Of a stretch of DNA of 24,000 nt, positions 9,507-18,543 are shown piece by piece (within the stretch, counting starts at the first letter, position 1; every line of letters starts with the position of its first letter). The position numbers were made by a program, and so were the translations under genes. The stretch comes from Gammaproteobacteria bacterium AS21 (GTDB lineage: Bacteria; Pseudomonadota; Gammaproteobacteria; Pseudomonadales; Balneatricaceae), in the NCBI GenBank assembly GCA_038900335.1, contig JBBMRB010000001.1, positions 290,630 through 314,629 of the forward strand, read 5' to 3'. The notes below the pieces were generated by a model. It worked only from the letters and a program-made list of their open reading frames with translations, did no database searches and was not told the origin of the DNA.

Positions 9507-11048
9507 ATGGGGCCGATGAATGATACAGCGAGAAGTGATGAGCAATTTCTAAAAATAATTAACAAGTCTAGAGGTATTATTGATTTTACCATGGACGGTA
9601 TAATTATTAGCTGTAACCAAGTTTTTTTAGATTGTCTAGGTTATACATTAGATGAAATACAAGGAAAGCATCAAAGTATCTTTTTTAATGAAGACTATAT
9701 AGAAAGCTCTGATTATGCTGTTTTTTGGCAACGCCTTAATCAAGGTGAAACTATTGAGGAAGGTGAAAACAAATACCTAGGTAAAAATGATAAAGAAGTA
9801 TTTATTAAAACCATTTTCAACCCTGTTTTAGACGACGATAAGCAACCTATTAAAGTCATCCAGTTTGCCAATGATATTACTGAACATAAATTAAAAAATG
9901 CTGAGCATGAAGGTTTATTAACCGCGATTAATAAATCTCAAGGCATCATTGAGTTCAATATGGATGGTACTGTCATTTCTGCAAATCAAATATTCCTTGA
10001 TATTATAGGCTACTCATTAGCTGAGATTAAGGGTTTTCATCACAACCTATTTTGCGAAGCCTCTTATGCTAACAGTGAAGAATACCAGCAGTTTTGGGCT
10101 AAGTTAAATCGTGGTGAATTTGATGCCGGTGAATACAAGCGTATCGCTAAAGACGGTTCAGAAGCCTTTATTCAAGCAACCTACAACCCCGTTTTTGACC
10201 TAAATAACAAACCGTTCAAAGTGATTAAGTTTGCAACAGATGTCACTGAACGCAAAATCACCAATGCCGAATTTGAATGCAAACTACAAGCGATCGACAA
10301 ATCCCAGAGCACTTTAGAACTCAATATGGATGGTATCATCGTTAGTGCTAACGAAAAATTTCTTAAAATCGTAGGCTATACCCTAGAAGAAATCGTTGGT
10401 GAGCACCATCAAATACTTTGTGACGATGAGTATGTAAAAAGTCATCGATATACAGATTTTTGGCAGAAAATAAGGCGTGGTGAATTTCAGTCCGGGGAGT
10501 ATAAGTGTATTGGCAAAAATGGTCGTGAAGCTTACATTCAAGCAACCTACAACCCAATATTTGATTTAAATAATAACCCTATCAAAGTGCTAAACATTGC
10601 CTCGGATGTGACTGAGAAAAAACGTCGCGAAAATGAAAATGCCAAGCAAGCGGCACTCATTATGGATATGTCTACTCCGGTGATGCGCCTTTGGGACAAT
10701 GTCTTATTGCTACCTATTATTGGTTTAGTTGATTCTAAACGAGTGCAGACAATCATGGAAGCTGCGCTACAAAACATTTTAGATCATCAAGCGAAATTTC
10801 TTATTTTAGATATTCAGGGCGTACCGGCGATCGACAGTGCAGTGGCTAATTATCTTATCAAAGTCACACAGGCAACTAAACTGATGGGGTGTCGCTGTAT
10901 TGTCACCGGTATTTCACCACAAATATCACAAGCTCTTGTTAATTTAGGTATTGATTTAGGTGACATACTAACCCAATCCACGTTAAAGGATGGTGTCAGT
11001 ATGTCATTAAAAGAAATGGGACTTAAATTGGGGAGTATTAATAGTTAA
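9507..11048 (+). CDS. rsbR: RsbR-like stressosome sensor protein: three tandem PAS domains plus a C-terminal STAS domain
   Basis: 513 aa with three units of about 122 aa (INKSxGIIxFxMDG...GYxxxEIxGxHxxxF...FWxxLxxGE...NPxxDxxxxPxKVxxxAxDxTExK). The C-terminal STAS domain resembles Bacillus RsbR (MSTPVMRLWDNVLLLPIIGLVDSKR, LILDIQGVPAIDSAVANYL, LMGCRCIVTGISPQISQALVNLGIDL). AAGGA RBS upstream. Confidence 0.88.
   Translation: MGPMNDTARSDEQFLKIINKSRGIIDFTMDGIIISCNQVFLDCLGYTLDEIQGKHQSIFFNEDYIESSDYAVFWQRLNQGETIEEGENKYLGKNDKEVFIKTIFNPVLDDDKQPIKVIQFANDITEHKLKNAEHEGLLTAINKSQGIIEFNMDGTVISANQIFLDIIGYSLAEIKGFHHNLFCEASYANSEEYQQFWAKLNRGEFDAGEYKRIAKDGSEAFIQATYNPVFDLNNKPFKVIKFATDVTERKITNAEFECKLQAIDKSQSTLELNMDGIIVSANEKFLKIVGYTLEEIVGEHHQILCDDEYVKSHRYTDFWQKIRRGEFQSGEYKCIGKNGREAYIQATYNPIFDLNNNPIKVLNIASDVTEKKRRENENAKQAALIMDMSTPVMRLWDNVLLLPIIGLVDSKRVQTIMEAALQNILDHQAKFLILDIQGVPAIDSAVANYLIKVTQATKLMGCRCIVTGISPQISQALVNLGIDLGDILTQSTLKDGVSMSLKEMGLKLGSINS
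9540..10622 (+). repeat. Intragenic tandem triplication (three PAS-encoding units of about 366 nt each)
   Basis: The protein-level repeat offsets are 123 and 122 aa. Units 2 and 3 still share an identical 20-nt DNA block, ATTCAAGCAACCTACAACCC, at 10170-10189 and 10536-10555 (offset 366 nt). Confidence 0.8.
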
Positions 11049-11443
11049 TGACTTCATTATCCCAAGGCAGCTTAGCATCACCCGATAATTCTTCTAACAT
11101 GACGACATATGTTACTAGCGATTGTTTAGTCTTTCCTGTTCAAGCAGAACTTTCAAAACAAGCGGCTCTTAACGTACAGGCGTTTATCTTAGATCAGGTG
11201 CACTCAAAGAGTTATAACGGCGTTATTATTGATTTATCAGGTGTTGAAGTCATAGATAGTGTGCTGTGGCAGGTCTTTGCCAACACTTGCGTGATGATCA
11301 ATATGTTGGGGTATAGAACCGTCATAACCGGTCTAAACCCAGGCGTTGTTGCTGCGATTATGGACATCAATGTCGATCTAACCAAGGTGATAACGGCAAT
11401 GGATATACAAGATGCCCTAAATATATTAACCACAAAAGACTGA
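11048..11443 (+). CDS. rsbS: RsbS-like single-domain STAS protein (stressosome scaffold / antagonist)
   Basis: 131 aa with a STAS core (GVIIDLSGVEVIDSVLWQVF...MLGYRTVITGLNPGVVAAIMDINVDL). Ser71 sits in the VIDS context, the equivalent of the phosphorylated Ser of Bacillus RsbS. The start overlaps the rsbR stop (TAATG). An alternative start is Met18 at 11099. Confidence 0.85.
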   Translation: MTSLSQGSLASPDNSSNMTTYVTSDCLVFPVQAELSKQAALNVQAFILDQVHSKSYNGVIIDLSGVEVIDSVLWQVFANTCVMINMLGYRTVITGLNPGVVAAIMDINVDLTKVITAMDIQDALNILTTKD

Positions 11444-11488
11444 TTAACAGATAAGCCTGTAATAATAGCAACGAAGGCTAGATAAAGT

Positions 11489-11899
11489 ATGACATTAGAC
11501 ACTCAAAAATCACTGAAATTTCAGGTATATGATGAAGTTGACGTCGCCTACGCTGCATTAGGTGCTAAAAAATACGCTCAAGCTATCGGTTTTAATAGCC
11601 CGTCTCAATACATGATATCAACCGCTGTTAGCGAGCTGGCCCGAAATATTTATGTTTATGCTAAAAAAGGTACGGTTTTATTAAATTATGTAGATGAAGA
11701 GTTCAAACTAGGAATGCAAGTTATCGCCGATGATTGCGGCCCCGGTATTGTTGATATTGAAAAAGCTTTACTAGATACCTACAGCACTGGTGGCACTATG
11801 GGCGTAGGTCTACCTGGCACTAAAAGATTAATGGATGAGTTCAAAATTGAATCTATAGTTGGTAAAGGCACAAAGGTAACGATAGTTAAATGGTTGTAA
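11489..11899 (+). CDS. rsbT: RsbT-like serine/threonine kinase (GHKL anti-sigma-regulatory-factor type)
   Basis: 136 aa, collinear with B. subtilis RsbT as I recall it (ISTAVSELARNIYVYAKKG, ADDCGPGIVDIEKAL, YSTGGTMGVGLPGTKRLMDEF, GKGTKVTIVKWL). Confidence 0.88.
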   Translation: MTLDTQKSLKFQVYDEVDVAYAALGAKKYAQAIGFNSPSQYMISTAVSELARNIYVYAKKGTVLLNYVDEEFKLGMQVIADDCGPGIVDIEKALLDTYSTGGTMGVGLPGTKRLMDEFKIESIVGKGTKVTIVKWL

Positions 11900-12477
11900 T
11901 GAATTCAAGTCAATTAGAATATTTTGTCGCTACACGATCACTTGAGTCACTAAATGGCGACGCAGCATTTATTGTTGAAGACAATGATGAGCTATTCATT
12001 TTTATCTTTGATGGCGCAGGACATGGTGAATCAGCACATAATATCGCCATAGTAGCGGTTGATTTTATAAAAAAAAACAGACAGCTCGATTTGGTAAATT
12101 TAATGAGTGCTCTGCATGACAAACTAAAAGGTAGTGACGGAGGCGTAGCTGTTATTGCTAAATTCAATATGATAACAAGGCAGCTATATTATGTTGGCAT
12201 AGGAAATATATTTCTTCGTGTTTTTAGTGAATCTTCAAAACGTGAAATTACTCAAGGAGGCGTCATTGGTTATCAAATACGTAGCCCTAAAGAGAAGTCA
12301 ATCGCAGTGGCGACAGGCAGTACCATTGTTTTTCATACTGATGGCATTACCAGTCGTTTTAATGAAAGCGACTACCCAAACATACTCTGGGATGATGTCC
12401 AGACAGTTTCACAAATACTACTTGATAAGTTTGGGAAGAATAATGATGATGCGACCTGTGCAGTTATACGTGTGTAA
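11890..12477 (+). CDS. rsbX: RsbX-like PP2C/SpoIIE-family phosphatase
   Basis: 195 aa with motifs NGDAAF, FIFDGAGHGESAH, VFHTDGI and NDDATCAVIRV, matching RsbX-type feedback phosphatases. It overlaps rsbT. The start may instead be the ATG at 11899, which would form a TAATG junction. Confidence 0.85.
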   Translation: MVVMNSSQLEYFVATRSLESLNGDAAFIVEDNDELFIFIFDGAGHGESAHNIAIVAVDFIKKNRQLDLVNLMSALHDKLKGSDGGVAVIAKFNMITRQLYYVGIGNIFLRVFSESSKREITQGGVIGYQIRSPKEKSIAVATGSTIVFHTDGITSRFNESDYPNILWDDVQTVSQILLDKFGKNNDDATCAVIRV

Positions 12478-12548
12478 TAACACTAAGACGTTAATTTTTG
12501 GCAATAGTTTTAAATCTCATATCTCACAATATTTTTGGGCTGTCTAAC

Positions 12549-15212
12549 ATGATTTCTCTAGGTACTATCTGCATAAATGATGAAGACAGTATTGTCCACA
12601 CCCGTAGTAAAATTCGCAGCCTATCAATCAATTTAGGCTTTAGTGCGATTGAAGCTACACGTCTTTCGACGACGACCTCTGAAGTTTGTTGGTTGCTGTT
12701 AGAGCAGCAGGCAAAAATTGAGGTTTATCTCCAGCAAACACAACAACAATATGCTTTGCTGTTAGTATTTAAAAGTAATATCGACGCTGTTGATTTAACT
12801 AAATTCCAAGGCCCTTTTAGTCAATTAGTTGCAGAAAAAACGAACAAAGATAGGATAAATATTAGGGCAGTAAAAAATATTATTAATCCAGGATTCGACC
12901 CAGACGAAAACTTCATTAATGAAAGTCAGCGCAAAATAGAGCAACTTAGTCGTGAAGATCTTGTCGGTGAACTAAAAGTCGCTATCAACCAAGCTGAAGC
13001 GGCGAATCAAGCTAAAAGTGACTTTCTGGCAAATATGTCCCATGAAATTCGCACGCCGATGAATGCCATTATCGGTATGTCTTACCTTGCTTTAAAAGGC
13101 AATTTAGATCCAAAACAACGTAATTATATTGAGAAAGTACATCGCTCAGGTGATAGTTTACTAGGGATTATTAACGATATATTAGATTTCTCTAAGATTG
13201 AAGCTGGCAAATTAGATATCGAAAAAATTAGTTTTAGAATTGAAGATGCATTTGATAATTTGGCTAATCTAGTAGGCCTTAAAGCAGAAGAAAAAGGCTT
13301 AGAATTACTATTTGATTTACCGACCAACCTGCCCGCTTTCTTAGTAGGCGACCCATTACGCTTAGGTCAGGTTTTAGTTAATCTTGGCAATAATGCGGTG
13401 AAATTTACTGATACAGGTGGTGAAATTAGAGTTAATGTCATCGTTAAAGAAGAAACAGACAGCTCTATCACATTACAGTTTTCTGTTTGTGATTCCGGTA
13501 TAGGGATGACGCCAGAGCAACAACAAAAATTATTTAAATCCTTCTCCCAGGCAGATACCTCAACTAGTCGAAAATACGGTGGTACCGGTTTAGGCCTCGT
13601 CATTTGTAAGAAATTGTCAGAATTAATGGGCGGTTCTATATGGGTTGAAAGCGAGGCGGGACAAGGAAGTACGTTTCACTTTACCTCTAAGTTTAAAAAA
13701 CAATCAGGGGAAATATCAAACACGCGTCAAAAAGCAGAAACATTGGAATCAATACGTGTGCTTATAGTTGATGACAACGCCTCTGCTCGAGAAATTTTAA
13801 CCTCTATTGTTGAGAGCTTCGGCCTACACGTTGACTCCTGTCAAAGCGGCGAAGAAGCGTTATCTATGATTAAAACTGCCTCTACAATAAGTCCCTACAA
13901 ACTAGTATTATTAGATTGGAAAATGCCAAATATGAGTGGCGTTGAAGTTAGTAGAGCACTGCAAAATGACACCTCGCTCGCTCAATGCCCTGATATTATT
14001 ATGATTACAGCGTATGGTCGTGAAGATGCTATTGAATCCATCAAAGACATAAGTATTCAAGGATTTCTCACTAAACCTGTTACAGCATCGAGTCTACTTG
14101 ATGCCATACTTATCACAATGGGAAAAGACACCGCTGTTAATTCACGTAAGGATACCAGTAAAACACAGTCATCAGCATCTATTGCCAAGCTAGTCGGTGC
14201 TAAGATTTTACTAGTTGAAGATAACGAGCTCAATCAAGAGTTAGCACTGGCTCTATTAGAAAATAATGGCTTAATAGTAGAGATTGCTAACAATGGTCAG
14301 CAAGCTGTAGAAAAAATAACAAATTCTGATTTTGACGGCGTATTGATGGATCTTCAAATGCCCATTATGGATGGCTTTGAAGCGACCAAAATAATTCGCG
14401 AGCAAGCTAAGTATAAAGATTTAGCTATTATCGCTATGACGGCAAATGCAATGGCCGGCGATAGAGAGAGAGTTATCGACGCCGGGATGAATGATCATAT
14501 CGCTAAGCCTATTAATGTCAATGACATGTTTGCCACTATGTCTAAGTGGATTAGTTCTAAAAACCCAATAACATCACCGCTTAAAACAGATGAAACGGAT
14601 AGTATCAACGGCGTTAATTTACCTGATATTGCACAGCTAAATATTGACGTTGGCCTTAACTCTACACAGGGTAATCAGGCATTATATCAAAAATTATTAG
14701 TGAAATTTTATATCAGCAACAGCACCTTTTCCCAGTCTTTTAGCCAGGCATTATCAGCAGATGATCAATCGACTGCGCTTCGACTTGCGCACACTCTCAA
14801 AGGCGTTGCGGGGACGATAGGCGCACAACAACTTCAAAGTGTTGCCGGCACTCTAGAAAATGCCTGTGAAAATAAAGCGACTAAAGCTGAACTTATGTTA
14901 TTACAAGAACAGGTAGAGATAGCGCTGGAACCTATCTTACAAGGATTATCCAATTTTGACCCCAATGACACTATCGTTAATGATAAAACACAGACACTAG
15001 ATTTAGTGGCGTTAAAAATAATACTGATTAAATTAAGAAATTTAATCGAAGAAGATGACGCTGAAGCAACCTTTATTATCCATGAACTCAATGCACTGCC
15101 AGGTATTGCGCAACATAGCCACACATTGCGCAAGCTTACTAATGCTATTGATAGTTATGATTTTGATGAAGGACTTGAGCTGCTAGCTGAACTTGAGGAA
15201 TTAGTTATCTAA
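12549..15212 (+). CDS. Hybrid sensor histidine kinase: N-terminal RsbT-like degenerate domain, HisKA, HATPase_c, two receiver domains, Hpt
   Basis: The H-box [11 protein letters not shown] has its His codon at 13041. N-box [13 protein letters not shown]1 DSGIGM and G2 GGTGLGL are present. REC1 carries VLIVDDN and [12 protein letters not shown]2 carries ILLVEDN and [12 protein letters not shown]. The Hpt motif is [13 protein letters not shown]. There are no TM segments, so it is probably cytoplasmic. I call the ATG at 12549 as the start; the ORF track uses the TTG at 12498. Confidence 0.9.
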   Translation: MISLGTICINDEDSIVHTRSKIRSLSINLGFSAIEATRLSTTTSEVCWLLLEQQAKIEVYLQQTQQQYALLLVFKSNIDAVDLTKFQGPFSQLVAEKTNKDRINIRAVKNIINPGFDPDENFINESQRKIEQLSREDLVGELKVAINQAEAANQAKSDFLANMSHEIRTPMNAIIGMSYLALKGNLDPKQRNYIEKVHRSGDSLLGIINDILDFSKIEAGKLDIEKISFRIEDAFDNLANLVGLKAEEKGLELLFDLPTNLPAFLVGDPLRLGQVLVNLGNNAVKFTDTGGEIRVNVIVKEETDSSITLQFSVCDSGIGMTPEQQQKLFKSFSQADTSTSRKYGGTGLGLVICKKLSELMGGSIWVESEAGQGSTFHFTSKFKKQSGEISNTRQKAETLESIRVLIVDDNASAREILTSIVESFGLHVDSCQSGEEALSMIKTASTISPYKLVLLDWKMPNMSGVEVSRALQNDTSLAQCPDIIMITAYGREDAIESIKDISIQGFLTKPVTASSLLDAILITMGKDTAVNSRKDTSKTQSSASIAKLVGAKILLVEDNELNQELALALLENNGLIVEIANNGQQAVEKITNSDFDGVLMDLQMPIMDGFEATKIIREQAKYKDLAIIAMTANAMAGDRERVIDAGMNDHIAKPINVNDMFATMSKWISSKNPITSPLKTDETDSINGVNLPDIAQLNIDVGLNSTQGNQALYQKLLVKFYISNSTFSQSFSQALSADDQSTALRLAHTLKGVAGTIGAQQLQSVAGTLENACENKATKAELMLLQEQVEIALEPILQGLSNFDPNDTIVNDKTQTLDLVALKIILIKLRNLIEEDDAEATFIIHELNALPGIAQHSHTLRKLTNAIDSYDFDEGLELLAELEELVI

Positions 15213-15226
15213 TTTAAGAAGGTAAT

Positions 15227-16279
15227 ATGGATATCAACAACAAAAAACAAACTATACTAGTGGTTGATGACACCCCTGAAAACATTGATATTTTAAGTGG
15301 TGTGTTAAGGAATAAATACAAGGTAAAAGCGGCGCTTAATGGTGATAGAGCATTAAAAATAGCGCGTACAGCACCCTATCCTTCTATGATTTTATTAGAC
15401 ATAATGATGCCAGGTATCGACGGTTATGAAGTGTGCCGTCAATTAAAGGCTGACCCGCAGACATCCAAAATACCTATTATTTTTATCACTGCTAAAAATC
15501 AAGATGGCGATGAGAAAATCGGCCTTGAGCTAGGCGCAGTAGACTATATTACCAAACCTTTTAGTCCTTCAATAGTCGAGGCAAGAGTACATACCCATTT
15601 ATCATTATACGATCAAAACCTAGCACTTGAACACCAAGTCAATCAACGCACTAAAGAATTACTCGCTACGCGCTTGCAAATTGTTCGTATATTAGGCCGT
15701 GCCGCCGAATTTAAAGATAATGAAACAGGCTTACATGTTATTCGCATGAGCCATTATGCCAGGCTTATTGCTGAAAAATTAGGTAATAGTGCCTCTTGGG
15801 GGGACTTGATTTTCAGTGCTGCACCATTACATGATATCGGCAAGATCGGCATTCCCGATCACATTCTATTAAAACCTGGTAAGCTGACCGATGATGAATG
15901 GGCTATTATGCGTAAACACCCAGAGTTTGGTGCTGAAATTATTGGTAAAAATGATTCTGAAATTCTGATGACCGCCAAGGAAATAGCGCTAACTCATCAC
16001 GAACGATGGGATGGTAGCGGCTATCCGAACCAGCTAAAGGGTGAGGAAATTCCTATCAGTGGACGTATAATTATGATTGCAGATGTATTTGATGCCCTCA
16101 CCACGCAAAGGCCTTATAAAAAAGCATGGTCGGTTGAAGATGCTGTCAAATTGATAAATGATAGTGCGGGCACTCATTTTGACCCCAGTTTAGTTTCCAT
16201 TTTCAATGAAGTACTGCCCTCTATACTGGCTATAAAAGAAAGTTACGCAGAATCTACAGCGGGTACTCATACCTCTTAA
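15227..16279 (+). CDS. Response regulator with HD-GYP domain (RpfG-family c-di-GMP phosphodiesterase)
   Basis: 350 aa. The REC domain has ILVVDDTPEN, MILLDIMMPGIDG and ITKPF. The HD-GYP domain has PLHDIGKIGIPD and HHERWDGSGYP. It starts 14 nt after the kinase stop. Confidence 0.92.
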   Translation: MDINNKKQTILVVDDTPENIDILSGVLRNKYKVKAALNGDRALKIARTAPYPSMILLDIMMPGIDGYEVCRQLKADPQTSKIPIIFITAKNQDGDEKIGLELGAVDYITKPFSPSIVEARVHTHLSLYDQNLALEHQVNQRTKELLATRLQIVRILGRAAEFKDNETGLHVIRMSHYARLIAEKLGNSASWGDLIFSAAPLHDIGKIGIPDHILLKPGKLTDDEWAIMRKHPEFGAEIIGKNDSEILMTAKEIALTHHERWDGSGYPNQLKGEEIPISGRIIMIADVFDALTTQRPYKKAWSVEDAVKLINDSAGTHFDPSLVSIFNEVLPSILAIKESYAESTAGTHTS

Positions 16280-16283
16280 GAAT

Positions 16284-16300
16284 GCTATCGCGCTGATAGC
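16284..16300. terminator. Short hairpin between convergent gene ends; candidate weak bidirectional terminator
   Basis: GCTATC-GCGCT-GATAGC (6-bp stem, 5-nt loop) lies 5 nt after the HD-GYP gene stop and is followed by TATT. It is short with no real T-tract, so support is low. Confidence 0.25.
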
Positions 16301-16356
16301 TATTGATGGTTGAGTACAGCAGATGATAAGCGCTAGTAAACAATACTTTTACTATA

Positions 16357-18543
16357 TTAACTGAGCACTGACTCTGGTTCAAACTGATCGCCATTGGCAC
16401 AGTAATCTAAAAATAATTTTAAATCCTCTATCTCTAATGGTTTAGCGATATGAAACCCCTGTGCATAGTCGCATTGCATATCACCTAGCAATTCAAGTAA
16501 AGCCTGCGTTTCTACACCTTCACCAACGACTTTCATCTTTAATGAATGTGCTAAATCAATCATCGCCTTGATAACAGTATCGCTGTTATCTCCCCTATTT
16601 AGTAAGAAACTTTTATCTATCTTTAATTCTTTAACGGGCAACATAATCAAATAGGAAAAGGATGAGTAACCTGTACCGAAATCATCAATGGACGCGCTAA
16701 AGCCTTTACTGGTTAGTTGGTTTAATATTTTTATAGCCTGCTCAGGCTTCTCCATTGCCGTTGTTTCAGTTATTTCTAAATTTATACTTGTAGGCGATAT
16801 ATTTAATGTTTTACATACGCCCTCTAAGATACTGGGCATTTCAGGCTGACTGAATACCCGCCCCGACAGATTGATGGAGACACAAAAGTTGCGATTAGCT
16901 TTAAACATAGGTCGGCATTGTATACAAGCGCGGCGGAAAACCCATTGGGTTAACTCATAAATACTGCCATTTCGCTCGCAAATAGGAATAAATTCGACAG
17001 GAGAAATAAGTCCTAATTGCGGGTGCTGCCAGCGAACTAACGCTTCAACTTTATTCACTCGCCCTGAATTAACATCTAAAATGGGTTGGTAGAGAACAAA
17101 AAGTTGGTTGTTTTCTATCGCGCTCTTAAAATCACGGCCTAATTGCGATTGACGTCTCAATTGTGAATCTGTTTCTGGGCTATATAATGTATAGTTAATA
17201 TCAGATCGTTTTGCGTGATACATCGCTAAATCAGCATTTTTGACCAGTGTACAGGCATCTTCACCATGTTGCGGATAAATCGCGGTCCCGATATTTGCAG
17301 TAATAAGAATACTTTTAACATCTTGGTTATTACAAATAACAGGCGCTTGTAATACTTTAATAAATTTTTGTATTATTGACTCACCATCATGATTACTAGC
17401 CACTGCAAGTAATGCATAAAACTCATCTCCTCCCATTCGGGCAACAGTATCAGTTGAGCGCAAAACACTAGATAGTCGTTTAGCGACTTCACAAAGTACG
17501 AGATCGCCAATTTGATGGCCATAATTATCATTTACCTCCTTAAACTTGGTCAGATCAATACTGGCAACTATAAATCGAGTGTTATTACGTCGGCCTAATT
17601 TTATATATTGCTCTAGACGATCCTGAAACAAGGTTCTATTAGGTAAAGAGGTTAGTGCATCGTGAAGCGCAAGGTGCTTAAGCTCTTCATTGGCTTTTGA
17701 AAGTGATTTAGTTCGAGACAATACACGCTCTTCAAGCTTGCGTTTTTGTGACTCAATGACGGCCATTTTATCGACAATTGCGATCCGCATTTGGTTAAAG
17801 TTAGTCGCTAGTAAATACAGTTCATCGTCATGTTTAGCATTGATGACATTATCAAGGTCAGCAGAGTTTTTAAGTGTTTCAAGCTTATCGGGGTTAAGCG
17901 CACTGGCGGCATTGGCCAATGCTTCCAAAGGCTTTGCAACAAACTTGTTGACGAAAAACAAAAAGAATAACCACAGTGCTGCACTCTTGATGATCGAAAA
18001 AATAATGATTAATAGAAAACTGTATTTAACACGATCAATAATGATATTAACGTCAGTATAAATATGACCAAAACCAATTAATGTATAGGGGCCATTCGCA
18101 TTTTCTAGACGCTCTAAAGGAAAGGCGTATTCAAACAAAGTTTGGCGTTTAGTTGAATTAACTTGTGCTAATTCAACTTCCTTCATATTGGGGTTTGCCA
18201 AGTTTTCTTCTAGATAAATGATGCTATCATCACTAACCACATCTCCCATTGATGCAATTACTTGGTTGCGTTCAGAAACTATTTTAATACCGGAGACTGC
18301 ATCAATTTTCATCATCCCAGAGAGAATCACCTCTAGTTGCGATGTATCAAAAGACCAAATGGAATTCATAATACTGCCTTTAAATGTTGTCTCTATATTA
18401 TTGATTTGATTGAAGACTTCTCTTTTCACATCGCGGTATTCCGAGTTCAATTGAAGTGCCGTTATCAATACAGCAACAATAAGATAACAACCAAATACGT
18501 AACGCAGTAAACGCAGGCCTATGCCATTTTTAAATTTATTCAT
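16357..18543 (-). CDS. Membrane-bound GGDEF-EAL c-di-GMP turnover protein with periplasmic loop and HAMP
   Basis: 728 aa with two TM segments flanking a periplasmic region of about 140 aa, then a HAMP-like linker. The GGDEF motif is intact and has an RxxD I-site five residues upstream (RSTDTVARMGGDEF). The EAL domain has intact EALVRW, DDFGTGYSS, KIDKSF and EGVET motifs. Confidence 0.92.
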   Translation of the reverse strand: MNKFKNGIGLRLLRYVFGCYLIVAVLITALQLNSEYRDVKREVFNQINNIETTFKGSIMNSIWSFDTSQLEVILSGMMKIDAVSGIKIVSERNQVIASMGDVVSDDSIIYLEENLANPNMKEVELAQVNSTKRQTLFEYAFPLERLENANGPYTLIGFGHIYTDVNIIIDRVKYSFLLIIIFSIIKSAALWLFFLFFVNKFVAKPLEALANAASALNPDKLETLKNSADLDNVINAKHDDELYLLATNFNQMRIAIVDKMAVIESQKRKLEERVLSRTKSLSKANEELKHLALHDALTSLPNRTLFQDRLEQYIKLGRRNNTRFIVASIDLTKFKEVNDNYGHQIGDLVLCEVAKRLSSVLRSTDTVARMGGDEFYALLAVASNHDGESIIQKFIKVLQAPVICNNQDVKSILITANIGTAIYPQHGEDACTLVKNADLAMYHAKRSDINYTLYSPETDSQLRRQSQLGRDFKSAIENNQLFVLYQPILDVNSGRVNKVEALVRWQHPQLGLISPVEFIPICERNGSIYELTQWVFRRACIQCRPMFKANRNFCVSINLSGRVFSQPEMPSILEGVCKTLNISPTSINLEITETTAMEKPEQAIKILNQLTSKGFSASIDDFGTGYSSFSYLIMLPVKELKIDKSFLLNRGDNSDTVIKAMIDLAHSLKMKVVGEGVETQALLELLGDMQCDYAQGFHIAKPLEIEDLKLFLDYCANGDQFEPESVLS

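Noticed and set aside
10363-10777. Two short minus-strand ORFs (64 and 76 aa) inside the rsbR-like gene
   Set aside because: They are antisense shadows of a strongly supported PAS/STAS CDS.
11212-12547. ORFs 11212-11502 (minus), 11910-12167 (minus) and 12218-12547 (plus) overlapping rsbS, rsbT and rsbX
   Set aside because: Each overlaps genes with clear RsbS, RsbT or RsbX motifs in another frame. None has a domain signature or RBS.
12498-12548. TTG at 12498 as the start of the hybrid kinase (ORF-track start, 904 aa)
   Set aside because: The 17 extra residues ([17 protein letters not shown]) add nothing recognisable, and an in-frame ATG follows at 12549. Neither start has a strong RBS, so this is a preference rather than a proof. 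N-terminal proteomics or ortholog alignment would settle it.
13124-15133. Minus-strand ORFs 13124-13327, 13367-13603 and 14834-15133 inside the hybrid kinase
   Set aside because: They are antisense to a CDS with complete H, N, G1, G2, REC and Hpt motifs, so they are shadow ORFs.
17690-18409. Plus-strand ORFs 17690-18061 and 18218-18409 inside the GGDEF-EAL gene
   Set aside because: They are antisense shadows with no motifs.
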